Source: Desulfurococcaceae archaeon (GTDB lineage Archaea; Thermoproteota; Thermoprotei_A; Sulfolobales; Desulfurococcaceae). Taken from it: a stretch of 64,000 nt of DNA. Positions 40,153 to 49,130 of this stretch are shown here, piece after piece. The stretch spans positions 64,001 to 128,000 of the forward strand of contig JAWAJB010000002.1 in the NCBI GenBank assembly GCA_038888155.1, written 5' to 3'. Made by a program: the position numbers and the translations under genes. Under the pieces are notes generated by a model, which saw only the letters and a list, made by a program, of their open reading frames with translations, ran no database searches and was not told the origin of the DNA. Positions within the stretch are counted from its first letter, which is position 1. The number at the start of each line of letters is the position of its first letter.

Positions 40153-41370
40153 TTAGCGCACGGGATAATATGCGCTTTTAACTCTCCTTGCGAACTTAGC
40201 TAAGTTCTTCAGTAGGAACTCCTTTTCGTGTCTGGCGACTTTAAGCTCACTTAGAAATGTTGAAAAGAAATTAATTGTTCTGTCCACCTCCTTGGCCCTA
40301 ATTTTGTAGGGGATACCGTCCTTGCCTCCATGAGCGTACGAATAAAGAAATGGATCAAATATATGGGTGGTAGGATCTCTCAACGATGGTTCGTATCCGT
40401 AGATCAAGTCAGCCACTAAAACAAATGCTCTCAAGGATTCGGGACCAATTCCTTCCATCATCATTAGTTCCTTGAAACTAGCAGGGCACTGCTTTTTTAT
40501 TTCCTCAGCTATTGTGGCTACTCTCTTCACATCTATAATTGGTCTATAGTATATGGGACACCTGTGGATCTTCTCTTTAACTGGGAGTCCGTGGCTTTGT
40601 ATTTCAATCATATCGGTGGTTGTCCTTAAAAATGATGTTATCTTGGGCAATCCCTTAATTAATCTGTTGACTTCGTGAATATCGCTAATTAGCGAACTAA
40701 CGGGCGTCGACTCGACTATTTCCATTAAAGCAGCTCTAACAGGCCTAGAAGAATCATCAACCATATTTAGTGAAGATCTAATTTTTGATGACAATACTCC
40801 CGAGTGGGGATCTTTCTCGCAGTCAACCATTTCCAGATTTCTGAGGTGGATGTGATACCTTCTTGCAACTCTTTCACTGATGTTCATGCCTTGCTGGATA
40901 ACCAAAAATTCTTCACTAGTCGTTGTTATCAATCCTTGTATATACAAAGCGTATCCATCTTGAATTCCTATAGAATCTATTCTAGCAGCAAGCCTACTTG
41001 TTTCAACTATACCCTCTAGATTAAATCTTCCTCCGAGGGATTTGACCTCTTGTAGGATCATAAGAGCATCTCTTCCCTTGCCCCCAAGAACTGCAATGCC
41101 GCGATCTTTTGCCTCTGAAGGTTTAAATGCATTCTTTAGCACGTAAAGGACTACCGTGGTAGATCCGCTGCTGTCCCAATCCATTCCTATGATATTGTTA
41201 AAGGCTTGAAACCATAAAGGATCAGCCAATCTTTCTAGGAGAGCACTCTCTCCATATATATCGACAATTAATCTAGCAATGATCGATCCCAATGTTTTCA
41301 TCCTTTTCAACAAGTATTCTGGTACTCGACCTTCATGAAGGGGAAGATCAGCTACTCCGCTTATTGACAT
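40153..41370 (-). CDS. DUF763 family protein
   Basis: GVADLPLHEG, LADPLWFQAF..GMDWDSSGSTT, DGYALY, QQGMN, YSYAHGGKDGIPY; ATG at 41370 chosen. Confidence 0.9.
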   Translation of the reverse strand: MSISGVADLPLHEGRVPEYLLKRMKTLGSIIARLIVDIYGESALLERLADPLWFQAFNNIIGMDWDSSGSTTVVLYVLKNAFKPSEAKDRGIAVLGGKGRDALMILQEVKSLGGRFNLEGIVETSRLAARIDSIGIQDGYALYIQGLITTTSEEFLVIQQGMNISERVARRYHIHLRNLEMVDCEKDPHSGVLSSKIRSSLNMVDDSSRPVRAALMEIVESTPVSSLISDIHEVNRLIKGLPKITSFLRTTTDMIEIQSHGLPVKEKIHRCPIYYRPIIDVKRVATIAEEIKKQCPASFKELMMMEGIGPESLRAFVLVADLIYGYEPSLRDPTTHIFDPFLYSYAHGGKDGIPYKIRAKEVDRTINFFSTFLSELKVARHEKEFLLKNLAKFARRVKSAYYPVR

Positions 41371-41574
41371 TAAATCCATCCTGCAATTTTGGTACCAGCT
41401 TTCTACAGAGAATTCCGTCATTTTATAGTTTGTCACATTCACTTTATATATTTCAGCAGTGTAAGCACTAAGGTGAGAAAAGCTTAGATTGTATTATGAT
41501 AGAGTCTTCAACAAGGTATATCATCGAATGTTGAACTTTTAACTTACATCCACGCTTAGATGATATGAGCTTTC

Positions 41575-42639
41575 TTAGCATATTCTAGGGACAAGCTCTC
41601 CTCGCGGCGGCTCTATTAGCCTTAGCCCGCCAATGCTCGTCTCTGCAACTACGTAACCTTTGAAGAGATCGCTTTTTCTTACTTCACCTATAATCCTTGC
41701 ATTATCAAAGCCTTGGCTGTGGATAAACTCTAAGACTTCAGCGGCTAAATCGGCTCTTATGGAGATCACCGCCACTCCCTCGCTAGCTAAATAGAGAGGA
41801 TCAACACCGAGGGCTTCCGCGTAGCGTCTAACTGGTTCTCTTATCGGCACATCTTCCTCCTTTATGTGTATTAATACGCTGTTGTTATAGGCCCACTCGT
41901 TTAAAACTCCTGCTAACCCACCTCGCGTGGGATCTCTTGCTGCACTGATATATTTCCCATACTTTGCTAATAGTGGCAACATAAAATTGCTCAAAGGCTT
42001 TACATCGCTCTTTAAAAGCCCACTCGAAAACTCATTAAGAGTGCTATCAAGACCCATTTGGGCGAGCATTATTACAGCTCCATGATCTCCAACATAATCA
42101 CTTACAATAATCTTATCCCCACTTTGAGGCCTATCTAGGATAGGCCTCTCTGCTATGCCAACTCCTGTGGTTGTTATAACGATCTTGTCTATTTGTCCTC
42201 GTGGCATTACTTTGAAATCTCCTCCAATAAGCGCAACGTTCTCTGAGCTAATTAGGCGTAGCATAGAGTCGAGAATGCGCTCTAGATCATTTAAGGGGAA
42301 TCCCTCTTCAACAACTATAGAGTCCAACAATGCGATTGGCTTTCCTCCAAACATTAAAACGTCGTTTATAGAACCAGCCACAGCTAATACCCCAATATCC
42401 CCTCCTGGGAAAAATATAGGATTAACTGTATACGCATCTGTAGAAAGGATAAGGTATTTGTCTCCAGGCATTGGAATGGCAGCAGCATCATCGGGAAAAT
42501 CGATCCCAACCCCACCTATTACTTTTTTAAGCTTTTCATCAACTCGTTTAAACAGTATACTCTCAAGCAGCTCCCTAGTTTCAAGTCCTCCCGCTCCGTG
42601 AGCTAGCGTTATCCTACTCAAGCTAAAATCACCAAGCAA
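41575..42639 (-). CDS. hypE: Hydrogenase maturation protein HypE
   Basis: LAHGAGG, FFPGGDIG, GGDFKV, RDPTRGG, C-terminal PRIC. Confidence 0.96.
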   Translation of the reverse strand: MLGDFSLSRITLAHGAGGLETRELLESILFKRVDEKLKKVIGGVGIDFPDDAAAIPMPGDKYLILSTDAYTVNPIFFPGGDIGVLAVAGSINDVLMFGGKPIALLDSIVVEEGFPLNDLERILDSMLRLISSENVALIGGDFKVMPRGQIDKIVITTTGVGIAERPILDRPQSGDKIIVSDYVGDHGAVIMLAQMGLDSTLNEFSSGLLKSDVKPLSNFMLPLLAKYGKYISAARDPTRGGLAGVLNEWAYNNSVLIHIKEEDVPIREPVRRYAEALGVDPLYLASEGVAVISIRADLAAEVLEFIHSQGFDNARIIGEVRKSDLFKGYVVAETSIGGLRLIEPPRGELVPRIC

Positions 42640-42642
42640 TAA

Positions 42643-42933
42643 CTATTCGCGGAGGCTTTTAGCTATCTCCAGTAATAAGCGATACGATGAGACTAGGGAC
42701 TCTGGCTCGCCACCGAGAATCTCCTCGAAGAATTTTACCTGTTCGAGCAGTTCTTCGATACTAATTTTAGAGACAATAGTCCCGGCGTGAACAATAACAA
42801 TATCGCCCCTGCTTACTCTATTTTCCGATATTCCAACTAGAACTGTCCTATTAACTCCGTCCCCATAATCAACAGTAGCGGTCATATTAGAGTAGTTAAC
42901 ATCTATAACTACTGCAGGTATACCGAGGCACAA
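42643..42933 (-). CDS. hypC: Hydrogenase maturation chaperone HypC
   Basis: (M)CLGIPA..GDIVIVHAG; TTG at 42933 behind GGAGGGGGTG gives the required N-terminal Cys. Confidence 0.93.
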   Translation of the reverse strand: MCLGIPAVVIDVNYSNMTATVDYGDGVNRTVLVGISENRVSRGDIVIVHAGTIVSKISIEELLEQVKFFEEILGGEPESLVSSYRLLLEIAKSLRE

Positions 42934-42934
42934 T

Positions 42935-44158
42935 TTAAACACCCCCTCCATTTACAAAATTTTCATTTAATTCGTCAGCTAATTTTGTTAATAGTTCTCT
43001 AGACCCGTATTTAGCCCAAATTGCGCAAGTTCCCTCGCTGGAAACCATGCATGGCCCTACTGGTCTTTGAGGGTTACACAGTCTTAGAAATAGCGGACAT
43101 TGTGATGGGTAAATTTTCCCAAGTATAACGTCACCACATCTGCAGCCTGGAGATAAGTCATTTTTTGCATCATAAGCTACTAAGTCTCTTATGCTGTACT
43201 CGATAAAGGCATCATGTTCAGAGAACTCCTTTCTAATTCTCAACCCGCTATCAGGTATTAAACCAATACCTCTCCAGGCATCGTCGACCACTTCGAATAC
43301 TTTTGCAATGTTTGCTTGCGCCCTAGCGTCGCCTTGCCATGATACCGACCTTACGTATTCCACCACTGTTTTAGCCTCTCCTTTAACTAATTGCCTTAAG
43401 ATCTCAAGGATTGACACCAAGACATCAAGTGGCTCAAATCCAGAAACGACTACCGGTATACCACACTTTTTAGAGACAGACTCCCATGCCTTTGCTCCAG
43501 TTATTGTTGATACGTGACCTGGAGCTATTATCCCCATTATTGGAAAGCCCTTGGAATCATTTTTTAACGCGCTCAGAGTGTAAAGCATTGCGGGAGGTGT
43601 AAGCTTAACAAGGCTTATTAACTTTAAATGCGAAGGCAAATGACTTTTCAATAGTGCCTGAGCGTAACCCGGAGCCGCAGTCTCAAACCCTACACCAACG
43701 AAAATTGATGGTTTATTATGCTTATTGGCATCCTTAATTGCTGATATTATATCTGAGACCACTCTTATATCGCCTCCAAGAGAACGGGCTTCGCTCAATG
43801 AAAAGACATTGCTAACGCTTTTAGTAGTTCTCAACCTATAAGTGTCTCCATAGGTATAAATAACAATGCCATTCAGCGCTAACTTAATAAGTTCTTCTAT
43901 GTAGTGTGATGGAGTCACACAAACGGGGCACCCAGGTCCAGCTACAAGCTCTATCTCTCTAGGCAGTAAAGTCCTTATCCCATAATGTGTAATAACCCAC
44001 TCATGTGTTCCACAAAAATCCATTATTTTTAATTTAGTGAAACCTAAGTTCGCTCTGATCTTGGACCAATACTCGTTAATTTTCTTATTAGCCGCGATGA
44101 CTAGCGACCGGTCATAGCGTAAAATTCTCTCGACATCTTTGTGTAAATTTTTTGACAT
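42935..44158 (-). CDS. hypD: Hydrogenase maturation protein HypD
   Basis: FCGTHE, GPGCPVC, GFET, PGHVS, CRCG, CPLF, GPCMVSSEGTC. Confidence 0.95.
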   Translation of the reverse strand: MSKNLHKDVERILRYDRSLVIAANKKINEYWSKIRANLGFTKLKIMDFCGTHEWVITHYGIRTLLPREIELVAGPGCPVCVTPSHYIEELIKLALNGIVIYTYGDTYRLRTTKSVSNVFSLSEARSLGGDIRVVSDIISAIKDANKHNKPSIFVGVGFETAAPGYAQALLKSHLPSHLKLISLVKLTPPAMLYTLSALKNDSKGFPIMGIIAPGHVSTITGAKAWESVSKKCGIPVVVSGFEPLDVLVSILEILRQLVKGEAKTVVEYVRSVSWQGDARAQANIAKVFEVVDDAWRGIGLIPDSGLRIRKEFSEHDAFIEYSIRDLVAYDAKNDLSPGCRCGDVILGKIYPSQCPLFLRLCNPQRPVGPCMVSSEGTCAIWAKYGSRELLTKLADELNENFVNGGGV

Positions 44159-44696
44159 TTACACACCTGTATACCTCTACTTATATAGTACAGATAAAAT
44201 TTAAGGCCAAATTCATGTTACTTCTTGTAGTATATTATGCATACTGCAAAATATTGATAGCATCAATAACACGTTCATTAAACGTAAGTTTAAACGTACT
44301 CTCTATTTTCTTGCTTTTAATATGATGATTTAATTAAGAATAACAAAGTGTATTGAGGATGCGGAAGTTCGGCATGCAGTCTATTGGACTACCTGTAGAG
44401 TTGATCAGACCTGATGATGTAGCCAGAACCCTAGAGGTAAAGAAATCATTTGAACGATTCTGGATCGGTACTTACTCTTCACTGGCATCGAGTTACTTTT
44501 GATGTGAATAGTATAAATAATTTGAAACTTCTTGAGGTCGCAATAAGCTTGCTGTAGTTTAAAGCGATGTTTACTACTATTCAAGTGCTTGGAACGCATT
44601 ATACTTCATTAAGGTGCATAACGTCTGTTGCTATAGCTATAGCGGTGGTGTATAGTTTAAAAGCATTATCAATCTTATTTTACCTCGGTGTAAGAT

Positions 44697-44765
44697 ATGT
44701 CAAGCAAAGAGGAAAAGGGAAAGGAAGCAAAGAAGGAATCACACAAATGTGGAAAGAAAAAGTGA
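44697..44765 (+). CDS. Unannotated 22-aa Lys/Glu-rich microprotein MSSKEEKGKEAKKESHKCGKKK
   Basis: TTTAAAA TATA-like box 44656-62, GGTG SD 44687-90, ATG 44697, TGA 44763-65, T-tracts downstream. Confidence 0.55.
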   Translation: MSSKEEKGKEAKKESHKCGKKK

Positions 44766-44969
44766 ATTAACTCCCAAAGTCAATATAGGTTTTTCTAAAA
44801 AGTCCTCTGAATTTTATGATGTTTTAATAAACCCTTTACCCAATTAATCATCTGTAAATCTATGTCTAGTTCATTGTTATACGAAGCCTCTCTTGATCCG
44901 CACAAATGAACTATTTACGAACATTATTATTAGAGAACGCATAGTGCAGACAGGCTTTATGTTTATGAC

Positions 44970-45275
44970 CTATATTTCATGGCTTTGGGGATCTCCCCTA
45001 CGAGCTCCCTTAAATATGTGTCGTGAAAACAATACGCTTAATAAGACGAGCAATAAACTCATTGAAACCACTATAAGCAACAAGTGTACGGGGAAATCGC
45101 CGGCCCCGAAGCATATTGGTATAAACCCAATCAGTATACAAGCCCCAGTAGTTATAGAAACGCCAGATCCATCCTGTTTAAATTTAAGTAATGGAATTAT
45201 GGTACCAATAAACGCTAGAACAAGGCCAGCGAGAATCATAACCAAACCTAGTTTAAACAGCTTGGAAGAATTCAT
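44970..45275 (-). CDS. DUF131 (TIGR00304-like) membrane protein
   Basis: TM - GACILIGFIPICFG - TM; start overlaps the stop of its paralogue. Confidence 0.75.
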   Translation of the reverse strand: MNSSKLFKLGLVMILAGLVLAFIGTIIPLLKFKQDGSGVSITTGACILIGFIPICFGAGDFPVHLLLIVVSMSLLLVLLSVLFSRHIFKGARRGDPQSHEI

Positions 45276-45535
45276 TTCAAGATCCCGCCTAAGAGCATAA
45301 ACGAGGTAACAGAAACAACTAGTAGCACAATAGCGAGAATGACTAAGACCCTCGTTACCCGTTCGCTTGTACCGAAAACTATTGGTAGCGGCCCAATAAT
45401 TAACACGCCACCTCCTTCTATCTGTTTGTCCTCATTTCTAGTGCGGCTACCTTGAATTATAGAGATAAAAACCAGTAACGAACCAATGACGAACAAGATA
45501 AATGCAACTGCAAATATTGTCAAGGGAGCCACCAC
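45272..45535 (-). CDS. DUF131 (TIGR00304-like) membrane protein
   Basis: TM - GGGVLIIGPLPIVFGT - TM. Confidence 0.85.
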   Translation of the reverse strand: MVAPLTIFAVAFILFVIGSLLVFISIIQGSRTRNEDKQIEGGGVLIIGPLPIVFGTSERVTRVLVILAIVLLVVSVTSFMLLGGILK

Positions 45536-45675
45536 GGCTATCCCCTAAGTCTCATTTTTGTGAACTACATTATTAAATTTTAAGGAGTAATTCTTAATTC
45601 AGCGGGCTTTCAAAGGTAAAGATAGCAACTCACGTAGTGACAAATTAATTGTAAATATTTAATGAAGAAAGGAGT

Positions 45676-45857
45676 GGGCAACATGACCCCCATACTCCCA
45701 ACCAATGGGAAATACTAGTAATGAGCTGGTAACTGCTAGGCATTCGGAGACTACTCCCACCCGGGTCACCGGGTGGGAGTAACCCCGTAATGCCCGGCTA
45801 ATTACCAGCTCATTACCAGCTAAATCCCACTAATTGAGTTTGAGTGGGGCCATGCCC
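45676..45857 (-). ncRNA. Rod-like structured ncRNA with a strict bulge-helix-bulge motif; predicted precursor of a 148-nt circular RNA
   Basis: 182-nt end-to-end fold-back including perfect 13-bp and 14-bp stems; 8 G-U pairs on the minus strand; 53% GC (97/182) in AT-rich flanks; no ORF; TATA-like box upstream and pyrimidine tract downstream. Confidence 0.75.
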
Positions 45858-45879
45858 TAAATATATATACTCTATCTTG

Positions 45880-45899
45880 TACTTAAGTTAATTTTTTTG
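45880..45899 (-). promoter_or_regulatory. Putative BRE/TATA promoter of the ncRNA
   Basis: Minus strand CAAAAAAATTAAC-TTAAGTA; TATA-like heptamer 45886-45880 lies 23-29 nt upstream of G45857. Confidence 0.5.
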
Positions 45900-46010
45900 T
45901 ATAACAGGTTCTTATCAACGATAAAATGAGTATTGTTGTATATATTTTTGTATAATTTTGTTCAAGTAATACATTTACCATGATATACGTTGTATTACAT
46001 CCACTCATAG

Positions 46011-46583
46011 TTAATAAGTTGAGATCATATATGGTGAAACCAACACAATCCCTCTTTGGTGAGATTCCTGAATCGCAGAAGGATGTATATATAACCCGTA
46101 CATTAAGAGAATCGCCCTTGTTGATAAAAGCTTTTTTGTTTGAATTATTTGATTTACTTTTTCGTGGAAGCTTTTAATGTCTTCCCCGTGGATTCGGGAC
46201 TTTGATTCTCCGAAGATGAGAACAGATTCATTGCCATTATTAACTCCCTCCCCATAGAAATCTAGCTCAACAAACCTGTCTCCTAGGTCAAAGAAAGCCC
46301 TATCTAACTTATTTGTGGTTATTCCCATTTTCACGTATAGCCATGCTGGGAGAAAGCTTCTTGCAACGTCTTCTAATATCAGCCCAAAAGAATCGCTCAA
46401 CCGACTCATTTCCTTTGACAGCTCTCCTACATACTTTGCAATCTTCTCCATTCTCTCTACTAGTATCGCATTAGTCTTCTTAACTTCATCTATTTCTTTA
46501 GTAATCTCCTCAATTGATTTCTTAACTTCGCTGTATTCCTGTTGATCTTTATTGCTTTTTGCTTTCAGTAAAAGCATTGACAA
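46011..46583 (-). CDS. Coiled-coil plus PD-(D/E)XK nuclease-like protein
   Basis: Heptad N-half, then LSDSFGLILED, VELDFYG, FGESKSRI (E...D...ExK). Confidence 0.7.
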   Translation of the reverse strand: MSMLLLKAKSNKDQQEYSEVKKSIEEITKEIDEVKKTNAILVERMEKIAKYVGELSKEMSRLSDSFGLILEDVARSFLPAWLYVKMGITTNKLDRAFFDLGDRFVELDFYGEGVNNGNESVLIFGESKSRIHGEDIKSFHEKVNQIIQTKKLLSTRAILLMYGLYIHPSAIQESHQRGIVLVSPYMISTY

Positions 46584-46730
46584 AAACCCAACGCTGTCCC
46601 ATAAGCTTCATCCAGGGTCAACCATTAATAAGGGATTACCTGCAGTATTACCTTAAATGGGAACCTAGATCCGAGTTAATAGTGAATTGCTTAACAGGGT
46701 TTATTTTATAAATATCGCTATTAAATTCAG

Positions 46731-47552
46731 GTGTTCGCGTTGATTAGTGGATGGATTAGCAGCGAACAAATTTTTGAAGTCGTTAAAATGTTTCTCTCAA
46801 TCGCGATACTGTTTGTACTTGGGATTCAAGACTTGAAGAGCAGGGAACTTAGCGAAACGATCGTTTATCTGTTCTTGTGTTGCTCTTTAATAGGATTCAT
46901 TGTTTCTACCTTTATTCTCGGAAGCATGCAACCGATATTAAGACTCGCCTATGCAACAATATCACTTTTAGTTACTATAGGAGTTTTTTTAACGTTATAT
47001 AAGCTCAACTTAATAGGGGATGGAGATCTGTACATCTCTACATCTTTAGGACTAATGTTTCCTTATCCGATTACTTATAGGGCCACATTGGTGAGAACAG
47101 GAATTTTGCCACCCTCTCTTATAATTGTGCTTTACGCTTCTATGCTGGGAATCATCTTTTCTGCAATTAACGCGGTTATAGTAATCTCTAGACACAAGGA
47201 ATCCCTCGATGCGATGCCAACTAAAATTAAGATGATCATACCGTTTATTGCTAAACCCGTTAAATTAATTGATTACTTAGAAGGAAAGGTTAAGCACTGT
47301 CATCCAATTCAAGTCTTTAAAGTTGTCAACGGAAAAGTAATTTCCGAGTATAAGTTCCTTATAGATATAAACCAAGACATAAATGAAGAGGTTAAAGACC
47401 TGATAAATAAAGGCTCTTTAAGCCCCAATATCTACTTGTGGGTAACGCCTGGTCTACCCTACGTTTTCCACTTGTTACTGGGCTTGATTATGCTTTTTAT
47501 ATTAGGCGACAGTCCAGTTCTTTTACTTATATTCAAGCTTTTTGGTGTTTAA
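46731..47552 (+). CDS. A24 prepilin/prearchaellin peptidase (PibD/ArlK-like)
   Basis: QDLKSRE (first Asp), GDGD (GxGD), C-terminal WVTPGLPY. Confidence 0.88.
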   Translation: MFALISGWISSEQIFEVVKMFLSIAILFVLGIQDLKSRELSETIVYLFLCCSLIGFIVSTFILGSMQPILRLAYATISLLVTIGVFLTLYKLNLIGDGDLYISTSLGLMFPYPITYRATLVRTGILPPSLIIVLYASMLGIIFSAINAVIVISRHKESLDAMPTKIKMIIPFIAKPVKLIDYLEGKVKHCHPIQVFKVVNGKVISEYKFLIDINQDINEEVKDLINKGSLSPNIYLWVTPGLPYVFHLLLGLIMLFILGDSPVLLLIFKLFGV

Positions 47553-47654
47553 ATCTCAATTACAGGACCCAATTTGTAGGACAGGCAGGCTTGCTTCTAA
47601 AGTAGTAAAGCTTATAAGTAAGAAAAATAAAACATAGCTCTATTGGTGGTACAA

Positions 47655-47714
47655 ATGGCTGCAAAGAAGGAGGAGAAGAAGGCAGAGAAGAAAGAAGAGA
47701 AGAAGAAGAAATAG
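47655..47714 (+). CDS. Unannotated 19-aa Lys/Glu-rich microprotein MAAKKEEKKAEKKEEKKKK
   Basis: TTATAAG TATA-like box 47612-18, GGTGGT SD 47645-50, ATG 47655, TAG 47712-14, long T-tracts downstream. Confidence 0.6.
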   Translation: MAAKKEEKKAEKKEEKKKK

Positions 47715-47751
47715 CTCCTTTAATTACCAATTGCTGTGAACATTTACTATA

Positions 47752-47782
47752 TTGCTTTTTCTTTTCACTTTTTTATGTTTTT
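47752..47782 (+). terminator. Oligo-T archaeal terminator candidate
   Basis: TTGCTTTTTCTTTTCACTTTTTTATGTTTTT about 40 nt after the microprotein stop. Confidence 0.45.
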
Positions 47783-47915
47783 GTATTACATCAGGAAAGT
47801 AAAGCTACATTACATTACTCTCTCGTCTTTATGCATCCCAATCTAAGTATTCAAATTCAGCGAAAATAAGCGCACAAGTCAAGCATCCATTATTAACAGA
47901 AGAATGTAGGGTTCT

Positions 47916-48284
47916 TCATTCGATGAGAAAGTCAACTATTTTTCTTATCGAATGGAGTGCTTTAACTCTTTCCTCTAGGTACTCCTTTCCCTCACTAGTT
48001 ATAGTGTAGACTTTGATAGGGTTGCCTTCTGAGATTTTATCCCAAGTCGAGTACACAAATCCCCTTTCTTCCAATCCCTTCAATACCATGTATATAACAG
48101 CACTAGGAATTTCAAAGCCAAATCTATCCTTAATGGTATTTTTAATGTCTATACCCCTCATTGGTTTTTGACTTAATGATTTAATAATTAACAACTGAAG
48201 TAAACCTCTAACGGGGAGACCTATGCCGCACTTGTGAAGCCCGCGATGTTTTTTGTGAAAATCGGGAGGGCTTTCGTGAGCCAC
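47916..48284 (-). CDS. PadR family transcriptional regulator
   Basis: RGLLQLLII..L..KPM.G, IYMVLKGLEERGFV.S.W, KVYTITSEGKEYL. Confidence 0.9.
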   Translation of the reverse strand: MAHESPPDFHKKHRGLHKCGIGLPVRGLLQLLIIKSLSQKPMRGIDIKNTIKDRFGFEIPSAVIYMVLKGLEERGFVYSTWDKISEGNPIKVYTITSEGKEYLEERVKALHSIRKIVDFLIE

Positions 48285-48398
48285 TATACCACCATATAAG
48301 TTATTTAGTTAAGTAACTTATATAATTTTATTACAGCAACACAATTTAAAGTTCGCGGAAGCTTTATAAAATCATGAAATCATGGATGGTGATTCAAG

Positions 48399-49130
48399 TT
48401 GTCATTTGTTGATCACAACGAGTGGTCTAAAATCTACGGAGAAATTTCCACTAAATTGCTGTACCTAAATTTTTCTCGCGATCAAGAGGCCGCGGAAAAA
48501 TTGAGCAAGATCCTATTAAATATGAGCAATGTTATAACAGCCGATCTTTTGTTCGAGAGGATAAGGGGTAGAAGTTACGCCATTGTTGTTGGATGCGGGC
48601 CAAATGCTCAAAAAGAAGCTCAGTTAATTAGGAGAATAAAAGAGAGGAATTTTCTTCTCGTAGCCGCTGATGGCGCCACTAAAATTTTATTGGATTGTGA
48701 TATAACCCCAGACCTAATCGTAACCGATCTCGACGGCAATCTAGAGGCGCTCTTAGATGCATCAAAAAATGGAGCCATAGTTGTATTCCATGCTCATGGA
48801 GACAATATTGAGAGAATTGATCTGATCAAAAAATTCAAGGGACCAGTTGTAGGTTCTACTCAGGTTGAGCCGAGACCTTTTGTATATAACTTTGGTGGTT
48901 TCACCGATGGCGATAGAGCGATATTTATTCTACAAATTGCAGGATATAGAAGAGTCTATGTATCTGGTTTTGATTTCGAGATCCCCTACTCTTGTCCAGG
49001 TAAAGAGGCTGTTAACTATAATATAAAAAAAGTAAAACTTTATTTTGCAAAAAGGCTCATCTCTATGCTTCAACAAAAAGGCATAGATATACAAGAGGTG
49101 AGATATCTCTTTGGAGGATCCAGCGTCTAA
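48399..49130 (+). CDS. mptE: 6-hydroxymethyl-7,8-dihydropterin pyrophosphokinase (DUF115)
   Basis: AADGA, IVTDLDG, HAHGDN, STQ, NFGGFTDGDRA, GFDF. Confidence 0.9.
   Translation: MSFVDHNEWSKIYGEISTKLLYLNFSRDQEAAEKLSKILLNMSNVITADLLFERIRGRSYAIVVGCGPNAQKEAQLIRRIKERNFLLVAADGATKILLDCDITPDLIVTDLDGNLEALLDASKNGAIVVFHAHGDNIERIDLIKKFKGPVVGSTQVEPRPFVYNFGGFTDGDRAIFILQIAGYRRVYVSGFDFEIPYSCPGKEAVNYNIKKVKLYFAKRLISMLQQKGIDIQEVRYLFGGSSV

Noticed and set aside
42935-44158. HypD motif variants (GFETA for GFETT, CGTHEW)
   Set aside because: The Cys motifs are intact; most likely ordinary lineage variation
44411-44455. CTGATGA C-box-like motif
   Set aside because: No properly spaced D' or D boxes
44567-44770. 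67-aa ORF from the track
   Set aside because: It spans the promoter and SD of the better-supported 22-aa ORF in another frame
45676-45857. Rod element as a tRNA (intron-containing, split or permuted), SRP RNA, C/D RNA, terminator or MITE
   Set aside because: No T-loop or cloverleaf, no SRP motif, no RUGAUGA/CUGA boxes, far too long for a terminator, no target-site duplication or second copy in the window; the G-U strand bias favours a structured RNA
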